Positions 60,590-64,000 of a DNA stretch of 64,000 nt are shown piece after piece (within the stretch, counting starts at the first letter, position 1; the number at the start of each line of letters is the position of its first letter). The notes beneath the pieces were generated by a model, which was given only the letters and a program-made list of their open reading frames with translations, was not told the DNA's origin and made no database searches. The DNA is from Macrostomum hystrix (lineage: Eukaryota > Animalia > Platyhelminthes). Both the position numbers and the translations under genes were made by a program. The DNA lies in contig CATNEN010000034.1 in assembly GCA_950097015.1 (NCBI GenBank), positions 4,836,001-4,900,000 on the forward strand, written 5' to 3'.

Positions 60590-60932
60590 ACAATGACCAG
60601 CGCTATAACTAGTCCCAGAACTAGCAGCAGAGCAGCCGAGCTGACTACCCCGCCGGCGATGGCGGCGTCCAGAGCGGCTCCAGAGAGTCCGCCCGTCCCA
60701 GTTCCGCTGCTGCTTTTGCTTCCACCGCTGCTGCCCCCGCCGCTGCCGCCGCCGCTGCCACCGCCGCCCAGACAGTAGGTTGGCCACTGCACAGTGGCAT
60801 TCCTCGGCGATGTGATGACGGTTACGTAATAGCCACAGCAACCGATCGGGCCAGAGCCATTCCGGGCGAGGCTGGCGTTGCCAATGCGCAGAATTGACTC
60901 AAATGAGCTCAGGTTTAGGTATTGGCTTGGCC
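60590..60932 (-). CDS. Membrane protein exon: Gly/Ser linker and TM helix
   Basis: tatcag acceptor (phase 1), gtaagt donor (phase 2); GGGGSGGGS... AIAGGVVSSAALLLVLGLVIALVIV. Confidence 0.75.
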
Positions 60933-61086
60933 CTGATAGTTCGGGTTAATGGACTCGTTGCCAAGTTGGCCAAGGCTAATACATTCTAGATAAATCCCAG
61001 AACTAAACATCTCAGAACCCTTCAACCACCCTCTCTCCATCTCCCTTCAACCCTCTCTCCTGTTTCGTCTTCCTGCATCGGCTCAC

Positions 61087-61422
61087 CAGAAGCGGCCGAT
61101 CGATTACAGAAAGCGTCTGTGGCTCGTCTGAGTGCGTACAGCGCTACCCTTGTTTCGCCAGTGACCTCCTGCAGTGGATAATAGCCGCTATCCGCTGCCA
61201 CCAGTTGAATGTCGCTAGCGTTGATAAACTTTGGGCCGCCAATAGCCGCTGTTGAGCCTGTATCAGGGCAGCACAGAGATGCAATCGACGCGGAGGTTGT
61301 GTTGCCGAAATCGATACTCCCGGCACTGGCGCCGCAAAACTGGTTGAGAATTTCTGCGATTGCGCTGAGCACAGGCGACTGTAGTGTGCTCTGCCACTGT
61401 CGGTTGGAGCGAAGGCTTGAAT
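61087..61422 (-). CDS. Membrane protein exon, extracellular (SEA-like?); acceptor uncertain
   Basis: Open frame with a phase-1 gtgagc donor matching the next exon; the 5' boundary is ambiguous. Confidence 0.55.
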
Positions 61423-61464
61423 CTTACATTATGCTTTTCACCAACTCTTTTTCCTGTCTGTTAC

Positions 61465-62730
61465 TTTCCTGTCCGTTCCTTTCCTGTCTGTTCATTTCCT
61501 GTCTATTCCTTTCCTGTCTGTTCATTTCCTTCTGTTCCTTTCCTGTCTGTTCCTTTCCTGTCTATTCCTTTCCTGTCTGTTCCTTTCCTGTCTGTTCCTT
61601 TCCTGTCTGTTCCTTTCCTGTCTTTTCCTTTCCTGTCTGTTCCTTTCCTGCCTGTTTCTTTCCTGTCTGTTCATTTCCTGTCTGTTCCTTTCCTGTCTAT
61701 TCCTTTCCTGTCTGTTCCTTTCCTGTCTGGTCCTTTCCTGTCTGTTCCTTTCCTGTCTATTCCTTTCCTGTCTGTTCCTTTCCTGTCTGTTCCTTTCCTG
61801 TCTCTTCATTTCCTGTCTTTTACTTTCCTGTCTATTCCTTTCCTGTCTATTCCTTTCCTGTCTGTTCCTTTCCTGTCTGGTCCTTTCCTGTCTGTTCCTT
61901 TCCTGTCTATTCCTTTCCTGTCTGTTCCTTTCCTGTCTCTTCATTTCCTGTCTTTTACTTTCCTGTCTATTCCTTTCCTGTCTATTCCTTTCCTGTCTGT
62001 TCATTTCCTGTCTATTCCTTTCCTGTCTGTTCATTTCCTGTCTGTTCATTTCCTGTCTATTCCTTTCCCGTATTTTCCTTTCCTGTCTGTTCATTTCCTG
62101 TCTATTCCTTTCCTGTCTGTTCCTTTCCTGTCTGTTCCTTTCCTGTCTGTTCCTTTCCTGTCTGTTCCTTTCCTGTCTGTTCCTTTCCTGTCTGTTTCTT
62201 TCCTGTCTGTTCCTTTCCTGTCTGTTCATTTCCTGTCTGTTCCTTTCCTGTCTGTTCCTTTCCTGTCTGTTCCTTTCCTGTCTGTTCCTTTCCTGTCTGT
62301 TCCTTTCCTGTCTATTCCTTTCCTGTCTGTTCCTTTCCTGTCTGTTCCTTTCCTGTCTGTTCCTTTCCTGTCTGTTTCTTTCCTGTCTGTTCATTTCCTG
62401 TCTGTTCCTTTCCTGTCTATTCCTTTCCTGTCTGTTCCTTTCCTGTCTATTCCTTTCCTGTCTGTTCCTTTCCTGTCTCTTCATTTCCTGTCTTTTACTT
62501 TCCTGTCTATTCCTTTCCTGTCTATTCCTTTCCTGTCTGTTCATTTCCTGTCTATTCCTTTCCTGTCTGTTCATTTCCTGTCTATTCCTTTCCTGTCTGT
62601 TCATTTCCTGTCTGTTCATTTCCTGTCTATTCCTTTCCCGTATTTTCCTTTCCTGTCTGTTCCTTTCCTGTCTGTTCCTTTCCTGTCTGTTCCTTTCCTG
62701 TCTGTTCCTTTCCTGTCTCCTTTCCTTTCC
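61465..62730. repeat. 15-bp pyrimidine-rich intronic minisatellite (CCTGTCTGTTCCTTT)
   Basis: Directly visible. Confidence 0.98.
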
Positions 62731-63169
62731 TTTCCTTGCTCATCTTAGTTTTGACTTCAATATATCTTATGCAGCCTACTGTAAGTAGACACCGAAGTTT
62801 TTGTCGGCTTCTCTCACAAGGTATGTGGGGGCCGGATAGTAGCTGCAGGACCGAACTCCGCCGGCGAAACGCATTTGAATCCCATTGTCCAGCTGATTGT
62901 TGTTAACTGCGTTGAGAAATTTGCCGGTACTATACAGAGAATTTACTACAAAGACAAAGCAAAGACTGAATGGCTGAACGAGTGTATCTAAAAATCCATT
63001 ACAAATACTTTTTGAAAGGCTAGGCTATGCGATTGGTTGTAAGAATATTCGTTCGAATTACAAAGACTACTTAAGGTACTGACTGGGCGAGTGTTACTAA
63101 GACTCCATTGCAAAGGCTTCTTTGTGGACTGGCACTCTGCGAAAGAGACTAACTCAATAAAAAATAATT

Positions 63170-63513
63170 GCAGGAGGGCTGCGGGCAATGGCACATCATT
63201 TGGTGACACTAAACCCGCAGCCAGCGAGGAGGCAATTCTGCCCATTTCGCTGACTCCTGAGCACACACGCACACTGATACTGTACGCAGGCACATGCTCA
63301 CACGTCAGGTCTCACTTTCACACTTTCTCATCGTCAGGCAGTGTACATTTCACTGTGCCTTGGAGGTTGGCCCTCACAGGCCTAATTCGCACGACAAGCC
63401 CCCAAGCCTTCTCTCCGCGGCTGCGCCCCAAATAAATGTGGCCTCGGCGCGAAGTCGAGCTTAGGGACCTTGGTGCGAGAGGCAAACGCGTTAACCGCTC
63501 CGCCAACGACCCC
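63170..63513 (-). mobile_element. tRNA-derived SINE, most complete copy (about 340 bp)
   Basis: Head TGGCGGAGCGG...GCTCGACTTC; body shared with the 6600 and 11005 copies. Confidence 0.85.
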
Positions 63514-63529
63514 CAGGAGACCAACTCAC

Positions 63530-63652
63530 ACTGGCACTGAGTTCCAGAGTAGCCGCTTGAGCAGCTACAAACGCAGCCGCTGCTACCAGACGAAGCGTCA
63601 GTGCCGTGAATGCACGGCGTGCGGGCAGCGTTGCACACGGACGCCGTGCAGG
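63530..63652 (-). CDS. EGF-like domain exon
   Basis: tttcag / gtgagt, phase 1-1; C..SVC....PCIHG.......CVCSCSSGYSGTQCQ. Confidence 0.85.
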
Positions 63653-63751
63653 CTGAAATATTTGAAGTATTTAAATTAAACTTGCTGTCTATGTATTAAC
63701 TGTCAATCATTTATTTTTAAAGCACAGTCCATGGTGCGGGCCGGCACTTAC

Positions 63752-63829
63752 AGGCATTGTTGTTGCACTGGCACACGATATCCTCAACGTAAGACACGTA
63801 CTGACACTCGTTACAGCTGGGCTGGCACA
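63752..63829 (-). CDS. Cys-rich exon of the same gene
   Basis: aacag / gtaagt, phase 1-1; CQPSCNECQYVSYVEDIVCQCNNNA. Confidence 0.7.
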
Positions 63830-64000
63830 CTGTTGATGCACGGGCGCATTGAAATAATTGTGACGTGAGGCTTTGGAAACATATTCACATGCATGTAAAT
63901 TAGTGACCTAGCACGTGTACAATGCTCATTAGGCACAGATAATATGGTCTGTGTTTCTCTCGCATCCTTTCTCTACTGGTAATGCATGCAGCAACGATGC

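Noticed and set aside
61209-62906. 565-, 454- and 365-aa repetitive ORFs
   Set aside because: Artefacts of a 15-bp intronic array.

Overview
This is animal genomic DNA, with GT-AG introns, GC-rich exons and many 14-35 bp minisatellites. The style suggests a flatworm such as Macrostomum, which is inference only. Host genes: the 3' exons of a class A neuropeptide-type GPCR (368-9682, +); two near-identical, oppositely oriented single-exon eIF2-beta ORFs (21338-22039 -, 54729-55430 +); a spliced PPC/DUF296 gene (30639-32728, +); a stop-riddled death-fold-like pseudogene (23225-24231, -); and the 3' exons of an EGF/TM single-pass membrane protein (59064-63829, -). About a fifth of the window is tandem repeat, mostly intronic. 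The main structure is a nested transposon complex at 35.6-52.2 kb. A 10.1-kb P-like element (31-bp TIRs, 8-bp TSD, related empty site at 23.2 kb) contains a MULE with minisatellite TIRs and a CACTG/EnSpm element. It also carries a THAP ORF overlapping a 462-aa ORF homologous to the EnSpm element's second ORF. A Merlin element, LINE fragments and a possible 16.6-kb outer element with a 5-bp TSD surround it. A MITE cluster at 27-29.8 kb records an unequal crossover. All calls come from manual reading; no database searches were run.
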